64,000 nt of DNA from positions 2,577,501 to 2,641,500 of the forward strand of contig CP070677.1 in assembly GCA_020352495.1 (NCBI GenBank). Direction: 5' to 3'. This document shows positions 48,913-57,397 of the stretch, piece after piece. The translations under genes were made by a program, and so were the position numbers. The notes below the pieces were generated by a model that worked only from the letters and a program-made list of their open reading frames with translations, made no database searches and was not told where the DNA came from. Positions within the stretch are counted from its first letter, which is position 1. Each line of letters opens with the position of its first letter. This DNA is from Candidatus Latescibacterota bacterium. Lineage in GTDB: Bacteria; Krumholzibacteriota; Krumholzibacteriia; WVZY01.

Positions 48913-49614
48913 CTACCAAGGGTTTGTGGCCCAAACCGAGAACTCCGGCACAAAGCCACGATCGTCCATTTCGAGAACGGATTTTATAGCGTAGGCGATC
49001 TCTAACGATCGCAGTTTGTTTGGCGGCGCGGTGCGTTCAACTCGATCTGGGCTCCCGATCGCCGTCGCCACTTCGCTTGGATTGATCAGAAACACGCGGA
49101 TATTGTGTTTTCGAAGCTCGGCCTGCCAACACATCGTCATCCCCCGGAGGGCGAATTTGCTCGCCGCGTACACCGTGCCTCTCTCGTAACCCTTGAGTCC
49201 CGCCGTTGAGCCGACGTTTACGATGTGACCCCGGTTTTGTTTTTTGAATATCTTCACCGCTTCGGCGGTCATTAATGCCGCGCCAAACACATTGGTTCTG
49301 AAAACCGTCTCCAGATCATCAAGTGTGACATCCTCCGCGTAGCGAGGAAGACCTATGCCCGCATTATTGACAAGACACTCCAGCCCACCGAATTCGTCAA
49401 GAAATCGTTTGTAGGTTTCCCCGACATCCTTGGGATCACCGACGTCAGCGACAATTGGATACGATCCCGTCTCGGTGGCAGCCCGCTCGAGTCGTCTCGA
49501 GTCCCGCCCCGTGATCCCGACCTTGGCACCTCCCTCCACAAACAACTTCGCCGTTGCCTTGCCGATCCCCAGACTACCGCCGGTGATGAGAATCCTCGAG
49601 GCGTCGAGCTTCAT
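48913..49614 (-). CDS. SDR family oxidoreductase
   Basis: TGGSLGIGKATA Rossmann motif. Active-site Y-x3-K (YAASKFAL). Confidence 0.85.
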   Translation of the reverse strand: MKLDASRILITGGSLGIGKATAKLFVEGGAKVGITGRDSRRLERAATETGSYPIVADVGDPKDVGETYKRFLDEFGGLECLVNNAGIGLPRYAEDVTLDDLETVFRTNVFGAALMTAEAVKIFKKQNRGHIVNVGSTAGLKGYERGTVYAASKFALRGMTMCWQAELRKHNIRVFLINPSEVATAIGSPDRVERTAPPNKLRSLEIAYAIKSVLEMDDRGFVPEFSVWATNPW

Positions 49615-50033
49615 TGATATTCCTTTCGTGCTATCCCCCAAGCTACCGCAGAGTTCCGGTTCTCAAACGGTCCGACAGCCCTCAAGACCAGACGCACCCG
49701 TTCCCATGAACCCACTGCGCGCAACCGCCCGCGCGTTGCCGTCGAGATTCCGATAGTCTACCACGTCCCGCGCCCCAGCGCCCGTCTCCTCATGGACGGA
49801 AAACCGGCACCGGGCGTCGAGTCACGGGGTCAATAACCGGTTGACAGCCGGTTGCAGGCGACATAACCTATTTGATAGCTGGTGTTTGTTCCTGAACCGA
49901 TACCCTGGTGTGCCGGTATCGGACAGTGACTGTCTAATTCGGTTGACACTGCGGAGTTCGGATTATCCGCTACGCGACCGGGCAAGATCATTTGCCGCAT
50001 GCGAGTGGACGCAATCCGTGGCCCGTGTGTCGG

Positions 50034-52655
50034 ATGTTTCTCACCCCGTCTACCGGGGGGGACGCGGTGATCGGCCAGAAGATATCCCACTATCGTATTA
50101 CCGAGCGCGTAAGCGAGGGTGGAATGGGGACGGTTTACAAGGCGCTCGATCTTACTCTCGAACGTACCGTCGCCGTCAAAGTAATAACCCCCTCCCATCG
50201 AGATCCCCGGATCGCCAATCAACGGTTTATCCGGGAGGCTCAAGCCGTCGCCCGCATCGATCACCCCAATGTTGTCACGTTCTACGACGTCGTCCAAAAA
50301 GGTGACGCCAACTTCCTCGTCATGCAGTTTGTGACCGGGGTATCTCTGCGGGAGAAGCTCCGAGAGGGCCCTCTCGAGATGTCCGAAGCGTTCCAGTTTG
50401 GCTGTGAGATCGCCTCCGGGCTCCAGGCCGCCCACGAGATTGGTGTGGTACACCGGGATATCAAACCTGAGAACGTCATGGTGGATTCGAACGGCCATGC
50501 AAAAGTGCTCGACTTCGGTGTTGCACATCTTGTCGATCGCTCGACACTAACCGGCAAAGGAAGAAGAATAATAGGAACGCTTCCCTACATGGCCCCCGAA
50601 CAGATTCAGGGTCACCCCGTTGATTCGAGGGTCGACGTCTACTCACTCGGTGCGGTGATCTTCGAGATGATCACGGGAAAACTCCCGTTCGAAAGCAAGG
50701 AAGAGGCGGCGCTTTTTTACCAGATTCTCAACGAGGATCCCCCCGCGCTCGCGTCGGTGATACCGGACGTGCCCGACGGTGTTGATGATATCCTCGCAAA
50801 GGCGTTGGCCAAGAGACCCGACCGGAGGTACCAGACCGTCGCCGAAATGCTACACGATCTCGAGGTAGCACGCTCCAAAATCGAGTCTCCCCCGCCTGTC
50901 GGGGAACGGCTCTACGCCCGTTCCAGAAAGCGACGTCGCAGGCTCATTCTAGCCGTTGTCATCCCGATGATACTCTTGGGTATCGCAGCGGTGCTGATCA
51001 CCCGACCCGAGTGGATACCCGGATGGCCTTCGGAACCACCACCCGAGGTGACGACACCGGTGCTCGAGAAAAAACACCTCGCCGTCCTCCCGTTCGCCAA
51101 TGTGGGAGGGGACCCTGCCAACAAGCCACTTTGTGACGGCTTGGTAGAGGTGCTCACCACGATGATAACCGGCATGGAACAGTTTCAAGAGGCCCTGTGG
51201 GTCGTCCCCGCCAGCGAGGTTCGACGTGGAGAAGTCGAGAGTGTTGCCGATGCCCAGGGAACATTTGGTGTGAATCTCGTCATTACGGGGAGCGTACAGC
51301 GGTTCGCCGATGGGATCCGCTTGACGCTCAACCTCGTCGACGCAGTCACTCAAAGACAAATTCGCTCGACGATGATCGAGAGCCGGAGAATCCACGTTTC
51401 GAGCCTTCAAGATGAGACTGTGGTAAAGGTAGCGGAAATGTTGAACGTCGAACTCGAGCCCCAAGATCGCCGACTTCTGACGGCGGGGAGCACGAGGGTG
51501 CCGGGCGCTTACGAATACTACGTCCAGGGATTGGGGTACCTCCAACGCTACGAGACGGCGGGCAACATCGACCACGCGATTCGACTCTTCGAACAGGCCA
51601 TCGCCCACGATACCCGGTACGCCCTTGCCTACGCGGGGTTGGGAGAAGCCGCCTGGCAGATGTACGACCAGACCAAGAATCCGAAATGGGTCGAGAAGGC
51701 CCAGTCGTACTGCAATCAGGCAGCGAGGATAGACGACAATCTGGCCCCGGTCCACGCAACGCTGGGAATCATCCACCGTGGACAGGGGCGCTACGATGAC
51801 GCCGTGCGAGAGTTTCAACGGGCCCTCACAATCGATCCCGCCAATGCCGATGCGTACCGGGGTCTCGCCCTCACATATCAGGAAGGCGGACAACTGGACA
51901 AGGCCGAGTCGACGTATCAGAAGGCGATCGAACTGAGACCCGGATATTGGGGCGGTTACAGTCACCTGGGGTATTTTTATCTTGGAACCGGGGACTTCGA
52001 GAAGGCCGAAACGATGTACAAAAAGGTGATCGAGCTGACACCCGATAACATACGCGGCTACAATATGCTGATCGTCGTCTACTTCTACCTCGGTGACGTG
52101 ATATCGGCAGAGGCGATGTACAAAAAGTCGATCGCCATAAAACCCAGCGCCGTCGCCCATACCAATATGGCTGCCGTTTATATCTATCTCAAACGCTACG
52201 ACGATGCGATACCCGTTCTCGAGGGAGCAACCCAGCTGGGTGTCGAAGACCCAATCATTTGGGGAAATCTTGCCGACGCCTATCGGTATTCATCTGCGAA
52301 CGATGACAAGGCCGTTGAGACATACCGACGGGCGATCCGCTTGTGCGAGGCCCAGCTCGAAGTGAATCCGAACAGTGCCACACAACTCGCATTACAGGCG
52401 CTTTTCTATGCGAAAACGGGGGACATTGAAAAAGCGCTCGAACTGATACGCAAGGCTCTCGATCTCCAGCCCGACGATTGGATGATTTTGATCTGGAAAG
52501 CGATTATCCTCGAGCTCTCCGGCGATCGCGATGCCGCGCTCGACGCTCTCAGAGATGCCCTTGAACACGGAGCTCCTCTCGAAGCCATCGAGGATGAGCC
52601 CGAATTCGAAGATCTTCGCAAGGATCCGCGTTACAAAGAGCTAATCGAACAGTAG
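50034..52655 (+). CDS. serine/threonine protein kinase with TM segment and C-terminal TPR repeats
   Basis: Kinase subdomains (GGMGTVYKA...AVK; HRDIKPENVMV; DFGVA; GTLPYMAPE). TM helix LILAVVIPMILLGIAAVLI. At least 10 TPR repeats at the C-terminus. Confidence 0.85.
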   Translation: MFLTPSTGGDAVIGQKISHYRITERVSEGGMGTVYKALDLTLERTVAVKVITPSHRDPRIANQRFIREAQAVARIDHPNVVTFYDVVQKGDANFLVMQFVTGVSLREKLREGPLEMSEAFQFGCEIASGLQAAHEIGVVHRDIKPENVMVDSNGHAKVLDFGVAHLVDRSTLTGKGRRIIGTLPYMAPEQIQGHPVDSRVDVYSLGAVIFEMITGKLPFESKEEAALFYQILNEDPPALASVIPDVPDGVDDILAKALAKRPDRRYQTVAEMLHDLEVARSKIESPPPVGERLYARSRKRRRRLILAVVIPMILLGIAAVLITRPEWIPGWPSEPPPEVTTPVLEKKHLAVLPFANVGGDPANKPLCDGLVEVLTTMITGMEQFQEALWVVPASEVRRGEVESVADAQGTFGVNLVITGSVQRFADGIRLTLNLVDAVTQRQIRSTMIESRRIHVSSLQDETVVKVAEMLNVELEPQDRRLLTAGSTRVPGAYEYYVQGLGYLQRYETAGNIDHAIRLFEQAIAHDTRYALAYAGLGEAAWQMYDQTKNPKWVEKAQSYCNQAARIDDNLAPVHATLGIIHRGQGRYDDAVREFQRALTIDPANADAYRGLALTYQEGGQLDKAESTYQKAIELRPGYWGGYSHLGYFYLGTGDFEKAETMYKKVIELTPDNIRGYNMLIVVYFYLGDVISAEAMYKKSIAIKPSAVAHTNMAAVYIYLKRYDDAIPVLEGATQLGVEDPIIWGNLADAYRYSSANDDKAVETYRRAIRLCEAQLEVNPNSATQLALQALFYAKTGDIEKALELIRKALDLQPDDWMILIWKAIILELSGDRDAALDALRDALEHGAPLEAIEDEPEFEDLRKDPRYKELIEQ

Positions 52656-52695
52656 GCTTCCCAACACGGCTCTCGATTGCATCCTACTCCGCCAC

Positions 52696-52725
52696 TTGTA
52701 AACTATCCAGTAAATATGATATACT
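52696..52725 (+). promoter_or_regulatory. sigma70-like promoter (TTGTAA -N18- TATACT) for small paralog 1
   Basis: -35 at 52696-52701, -10 at 52720-52725. Followed by a ~120-nt leader conserved with paralog 2. Contains ATGATATACT, the same motif as upstream of padR. Confidence 0.55.
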
Positions 52726-52845
52726 GTGAGCCTCCCAAGGATGTAGGTGCAGCGTAACTACGTCTCAGGAAAAAGCAGGGCCCGCATCAAGGCAACCGCA
52801 GTTAGGTGGGTTATTGGTGAGGTGTCAGCAATAAGGAGGTTGGTC

Positions 52846-53148
52846 ATGTCGGCCGCAGTAAAAGTCGGTTGTGTGAACGGCGATTTCTCTTATTCGGACC
52901 AGCTCTGCGAGCTCAAGAGAGGAGACGTCGTCGAGATCACTTCCGAACAAGGCTACCCTATCGCCGTACATATCGGGTGGAAAACGCCGTTCAACAAGGG
53001 CCGCGACCGTGCCCCGGCGGGTGAGAAAATCGAACTCACAGTCCTAAGCGACGCAATACCCGGCGAATACAAATACCTCGTGGCGGTCTACGAGCCTAAG
53101 AAAGACAAAATCTGGACCGATGACCCGTACTTCATCATCAAACCCTGA
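52846..53148 (+). CDS. small conserved hypothetical protein (100 aa), paralog 1
   Basis: RBS aaggagg 6 nt before ATG. MSAAVKVGCVNGDFSYSDQLC...EQGYPIAVHIGWKTPFNKGRDRA...PGEYKYLVAVYEPKKDKIWTDDPYFIIKP. Confidence 0.6.
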   Translation: MSAAVKVGCVNGDFSYSDQLCELKRGDVVEITSEQGYPIAVHIGWKTPFNKGRDRAPAGEKIELTVLSDAIPGEYKYLVAVYEPKKDKIWTDDPYFIIKP

Positions 53149-53394
53149 GCCGGCCATTATCTCGCTCGTGGCTTGGGATAAAAATCGAGTCATCTCCATT
53201 TGACTCCAAATGCTGAAGGGGCAATAAGGCGTCCGCTCTCGTCGTAATGAGAGACGCTAACGCGTAAGGAGCCCTTTTTGTTACCAAAGACGAGCAGCAG
53301 CCCGAACACATGGATCAGGATCTTCGGTGCGAGGAACTGCCCCCACGGCAGGCCACGTCACGGGCGTCCCATCTCCGCTCCAGACTCACCCCCC

Positions 53395-53424
53395 TTGTGA
53401 GCTATCCACCAAATATGGTATAAT
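53395..53424 (+). promoter_or_regulatory. sigma70-like promoter (TTGTGA -N18- TATAAT) for small paralog 2
   Basis: Position-for-position conserved with the paralog-1 promoter, including the CTATCCA..AAATATG spacer. Conserved leader AGCTCCC...AGGTGCAGCGTA..TACG.CTCA..AAAAG...GTCAGC..AAGGAGGTT.GTCATG. Confidence 0.55.
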
Positions 53425-53536
53425 TTAGCTCCCCTCACGATACAGGTGCAGCGTAGATACGCCTCAAAAAGACCGGATCACACGGCCACCGCCTTACCAG
53501 CGCCGGCGCGAGGCGTCAGCCCAAAGGAGGTTCGTC

Positions 53537-53839
53537 ATGCCCGAAGTGAAGATCAGTTGTGTCGACGGCGATTTTTCCTACTCGGACCAAGCCTGCTACA
53601 TCGAGAGGAAACACAAGACCGTCCAAATCAGGTGCGAACAGGGTTACCCGTTCGCCGTACACATCGGGTGGAACACACCGTTCGAAAAGGGCCGTGATCG
53701 CGCCAAAGGTGGTGAGACGATATACCTCCATCTCAAGAAAGACGCCCTACCCGGCGAATACAAGTACCTTGTGGCGGTCTACGACCCAAAGACAGAAGAG
53801 ATCTGGACTGACGACCCGTATTTCATCATCAAACCCTGA
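53537..53839 (+). CDS. small conserved hypothetical protein (100 aa), paralog 2
   Basis: About 60% identity to paralog 1 (MPEVKISCVDGDFSYSDQAC...EQGYPFAVHIGWNTPFEKGRDRA...PGEYKYLVAVYDPKTEEIWTDDPYFIIKP). RBS aaaggagg. Confidence 0.6.
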   Translation: MPEVKISCVDGDFSYSDQACYIERKHKTVQIRCEQGYPFAVHIGWNTPFEKGRDRAKGGETIYLHLKKDALPGEYKYLVAVYDPKTEEIWTDDPYFIIKP

Positions 53840-53934
53840 CTTGCCGTCTCCCCCCGCAGATACTGGGTAGGCTCTCGTTAGCTCCGAGCCGACCGGTGTT
53901 TGCGTTACTTCCGGTTTGGACAGAAGATTGAGAC

Positions 53935-53990
53935 TTGACATTTTGTTGGAGTTGATATATCATAATGATATATTACCGAATGATATACTT
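53935..53990 (+). promoter_or_regulatory. padR promoter with palindromic/direct-repeat operator-like motifs
   Basis: TTGACA at 53935-53940. Perfect palindrome TGATATATCA (53953-53962). Direct repeats AATGATATATT / AATGATATACT. ATGATATACT abuts the padR start codon. Confidence 0.5.
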
Positions 53991-54563
53991 ATGAAAAGCA
54001 AGACGACCACCAGATACGCGATCCTCGGGCTCTTGAGCATCCAACCGATGTCCGGATACGACATGAAGCAGTTCGTGGATATGGCATTCAAACACTTTTG
54101 GTCCGAGAGCTACGGTCGGCTCTATCCTACGCTACGGCAGCTCGAGACGGAAGGTCTTCTCAAATCGAGGGTGTATCGACAACGCGGTCGACCGGACCGG
54201 CGCGTCCACACGATCACCGACAAAGGACGCCGTGAACTGACCGAGTGGCTCGAACAACCCGCATCGCTGCCCCGTGTCCGAAGCGATCTACTGCTCAAGC
54301 TATTCTTCGGACACAACGTCCCCGTTCCATCCAGTATCGAACAAATCCGCCGGCAACGCGAAGTCCTGGAGACGGTCCTCAAGACCCTACAGTCTTATCG
54401 TCCCGCCGTGGACGAGGGGGGTCTCTCCGGTGATCAGCGTATGTTTTTCCTTCTCACCATCCGAAATGGAGAGCTGGTCAACAAGGCACGAATCAAGTGG
54501 TGTGACGAGGCGATCAAGATCCTGAGCAAACACGTGTCATCGAACGAGGAGACTCCATCATGA
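53991..54563 (+). CDS. PadR family transcriptional regulator
   Basis: Winged-HTH region RYAILGLLSIQPMSGYDMKQFVDMAFKHFWSESYGRLYPTLRQLETEGLL is a PadR signature. ATGA overlap with the downstream hydrolase. Confidence 0.8.
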   Translation: MKSKTTTRYAILGLLSIQPMSGYDMKQFVDMAFKHFWSESYGRLYPTLRQLETEGLLKSRVYRQRGRPDRRVHTITDKGRRELTEWLEQPASLPRVRSDLLLKLFFGHNVPVPSSIEQIRRQREVLETVLKTLQSYRPAVDEGGLSGDQRMFFLLTIRNGELVNKARIKWCDEAIKILSKHVSSNEETPS

Positions 54564-56272
54564 AACTCCGAGCCGCTGGGCGTTGCTCCCGAATATCTGT
54601 TTTCGTCGTCTGTCTTTTGTGTCCGATCGATGCCCCCGGGCAACCGCGGTTCGCGAAGACTGACACCCGCGTCCCCATGTCAGACGGCACCCAGTTGGCG
54701 TCCGACCTCTATCTGCCCGAGAGCGGCGCACCTTTCCCCACGATTGTAATACGAACGCCCTATGGTAAGGACCAAATGAAAGTCTTTGCGGAGTTCTTTG
54801 CCACCAACGGATACGCCGTCGTTGTCCAGGATGTCCGTGGGAAGTGGGCGTCGGAGGGAGAAATCGTCCCCTTTGTCGACGAACAGCAGGACGGTGTCGA
54901 AACGCTCGACTGGATCGTGGAACAAGAATGGAGCAACGGCGACATCGGAATGTGGGGATCGTCATATCTGTCGTACTGCGCCTTGACCGTGGCCGAAGCG
55001 CAACATCCGGCGCTCAAAACGATCTTTAGCAACTCCGGTTGGCTCAACGGTGACAAAATCAACTCGCCCGGAGGCGCCCTCCACTGGATGTTGATGCTCC
55101 CCTGGACATTACACGAAGCTACGCTCAAGACGCGGTCGCTTCAGAACTACGATTTGGACGAGCTTTTCAGACATGTTCCTCTCAAAGATGTGATGGCATC
55201 GGTCGGAATCAACGACCCCGTCTGGGAGAACCCGGATACGCTTTCCGTAATGGACGTGTACGATTGCTCGGACATAAAAATCCCGATCTTTCACCTCACG
55301 GGGTGGTATGATTTTGTGCACCCGTCGGCGCTCTTCGTATACGAGACGGTGAGAGCAGCGACGTCACATCCCCAAAGGCTCCTGGTGGGCCCGTGGGTGC
55401 ACGACCAGCTGTGGACACCCTACACACAGGTCGGTGACCAGGATCTAGGAGACGAATCGGTAATGGGGATCGAACAACTCAACGGTCTCGCCCTTACGTG
55501 GTTCGACCATTGGCTCAAAGGCGCCGGGGACGAAGTGATGACCGAACCACCGATCAAACTGTTTGTGCTCGGCGAAAACAAATGGCACACATTCGAAGAG
55601 TGGCCTCCACGGAACGTCAGTTACGAGCCGTGGTTTCTAACGAGCGGCGGCAATGCAAACACGCGACACGGCGACGGCGAGCTAATCGCCAAACCATCCG
55701 ACGAAACGCCCGGCCTCGACACGTTTGTTTTTGACCCGATGGACCCCGTGCCTACCACGGGCGGCGCAAACTTTCACTTCTTCCCCGACAGGCTTGGCAT
55801 CAGGGACCAACGCGAAGTCGAAGATCGCGATGACGTGCTCGTATACACTTCGGCACCGGTCACAGAGGAGCTCCTCGTCATCGGGCCCGTCACCGCGGTG
55901 ATCCACGTCTCAACCGATGGAAAGGACACCGACTTCACGGCCAAACTCGTCGAGATCCGCGAGGACGGATATGCCGCCAATATCGTCGAAGGAATCATCC
56001 GGGCGAGCTTTCGCAACTCCCGCGATCAGGCGGATCTTTTGGAGCCGGGACGGATCTACGAGCTAAAGATCGATCTTGGCGCAACGGCGTTGGCCATCAA
56101 ACCGAATCATCGAATCCGTCTCGAGATCTCGAGCAGCAATTTCCCAAAATATGACCGAAACCCAAACACGGGGGAGCATCCCTGGACCGCCGTCGAGTAT
56201 AGAGCGGCAAAACAGACCGTTTACCATGGTAGCGAACACCCGTCGCGGGTCGTTCTCCCCGTCGTGAAATGA
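54560..56272 (+). CDS. CocE/NonD family hydrolase (S15 X-Pro dipeptidyl-peptidase-like)
   Basis: Signal peptide. TIVIRTPYGKD...VVVQDVRGKWASEGE...GMWGSSYLSY (Ser nucleophile). C-terminal beta-sandwich domain. Confidence 0.8.
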   Translation: MKLRAAGRCSRISVFVVCLLCPIDAPGQPRFAKTDTRVPMSDGTQLASDLYLPESGAPFPTIVIRTPYGKDQMKVFAEFFATNGYAVVVQDVRGKWASEGEIVPFVDEQQDGVETLDWIVEQEWSNGDIGMWGSSYLSYCALTVAEAQHPALKTIFSNSGWLNGDKINSPGGALHWMLMLPWTLHEATLKTRSLQNYDLDELFRHVPLKDVMASVGINDPVWENPDTLSVMDVYDCSDIKIPIFHLTGWYDFVHPSALFVYETVRAATSHPQRLLVGPWVHDQLWTPYTQVGDQDLGDESVMGIEQLNGLALTWFDHWLKGAGDEVMTEPPIKLFVLGENKWHTFEEWPPRNVSYEPWFLTSGGNANTRHGDGELIAKPSDETPGLDTFVFDPMDPVPTTGGANFHFFPDRLGIRDQREVEDRDDVLVYTSAPVTEELLVIGPVTAVIHVSTDGKDTDFTAKLVEIREDGYAANIVEGIIRASFRNSRDQADLLEPGRIYELKIDLGATALAIKPNHRIRLEISSSNFPKYDRNPNTGEHPWTAVEYRAAKQTVYHGSEHPSRVVLPVVK

Positions 56273-56318
56273 CGGGATTGACCCACGGGAACAAAGTCGA
56301 AATTTCGCACAAAAGGAG

Positions 56319-57314
56319 GTGCGTCGAATGAATCCGAACCGACTCATGGGGTTACTTATTGTTGTCACCGTTGTTGCGATGTCTCTCTCGTGTGCCAAAC
56401 GTCCCACAATCGGCCCGCTGGAGAGAGGAATCGAGCATTTCGAGAACCAAGACTACGCAGCCGCCAAAGAGGCGTTCGATCTCGCGTTCGAACAGGAGCC
56501 CGAGAACCCGGCGATACCGTACTACCTCGGCCAGATCGCCCTCCGAGATGGTGACAACGACAAGGCGATCGAGCTTCTCGAGAAGGCCGTTTCGATGGAC
56601 GAGACGAACCCTGGTTATCACCTCGTTTTGGGACAGGCGTACGTACAGAAACTGCAAACGGTCACGATGTTCGAAAAGGCCACATTTGCCGCCAAGGTCA
56701 AAGGAGAGTTTGAGAAAGCTGTCGAGGTGGATCCCGAACATGTGGGTGCCCGGGTGGCCCTCGCGAGCTTTTATCTACAGGCGCCCCCGATCGCGGGTGG
56801 TAGTGTCAAAAAAGCCAAGGAACACGCCGAAGTGATAAAAAACCTCGATCCCACACAGGGGCACGGATTCATGGCTCAAATATATGTGAAAGAGAAAGAC
56901 TACGCCGCAGCGGAAATAGAGTACGAGGCGCTTGTGGCGCTTTCACCGGATGATCCCGATATCCACTATCAACTCGGTATGCTCCATCAATCGACCGAGG
57001 ATTTCGACAAGGCTTTTGCCGCATTCGAGAAAGCCCTCTCCCTCGACCCGGACCACACCGCCTCGCTATACCAGATGGGACGCACGGGTGTGTTCTCCGG
57101 CGAGAACCTCGAACGGTGCATCGAGTGCATGAAGACCTATTTGGGGAAAGAACTGCACCCGGGCAACCCCTCCAAGGCCGCGGCGCATTGGCGGCTTGGG
57201 ATGTTGTACGAAAAGATGGGAGACAAAGACCTCGCCAGGAAAGAATACGAGACGGCGCTCGAGTTAGAACCCGAAAACGAGGAGGCAAAGAAGTCACTCG
57301 AAGCCCTCGAGTGA
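56319..57314 (+). CDS. TPR-repeat lipoprotein
   Basis: Signal peptide plus lipobox MSLSCAK. Multiple TPR motifs (AIPYYLGQIALRDGDNDKAIELLEKAV...). Confidence 0.75.
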   Translation: MRRMNPNRLMGLLIVVTVVAMSLSCAKRPTIGPLERGIEHFENQDYAAAKEAFDLAFEQEPENPAIPYYLGQIALRDGDNDKAIELLEKAVSMDETNPGYHLVLGQAYVQKLQTVTMFEKATFAAKVKGEFEKAVEVDPEHVGARVALASFYLQAPPIAGGSVKKAKEHAEVIKNLDPTQGHGFMAQIYVKEKDYAAAEIEYEALVALSPDDPDIHYQLGMLHQSTEDFDKAFAAFEKALSLDPDHTASLYQMGRTGVFSGENLERCIECMKTYLGKELHPGNPSKAAAHWRLGMLYEKMGDKDLARKEYETALELEPENEEAKKSLEALE

Positions 57315-57354
57315 TCCGTGCTTCATCCTTATCTTGTACGTTGCGATTCCAAAC

Positions 57355-57389
57355 GTCGGGACGGGGTGCACTGAGTACCCCGTCCCGAC
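57355..57389. terminator. bidirectional terminator-like hairpin between convergent genes
   Basis: Perfect 13-bp stem GTCGGGACGGGGT-gcactgagt-ACCCCGTCCCGAC between the TPR lipoprotein gene (+) and the amidase gene (-). Confidence 0.5.
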
Positions 57390-57397
57390 CCATTCAT

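Noticed and set aside
50949-52160. 403-aa minus-strand ORF within the Ser/Thr kinase–TPR gene
   Set aside because: Antisense to a gene with clear kinase and TPR motifs. No homology features. An artefact of high GC content.
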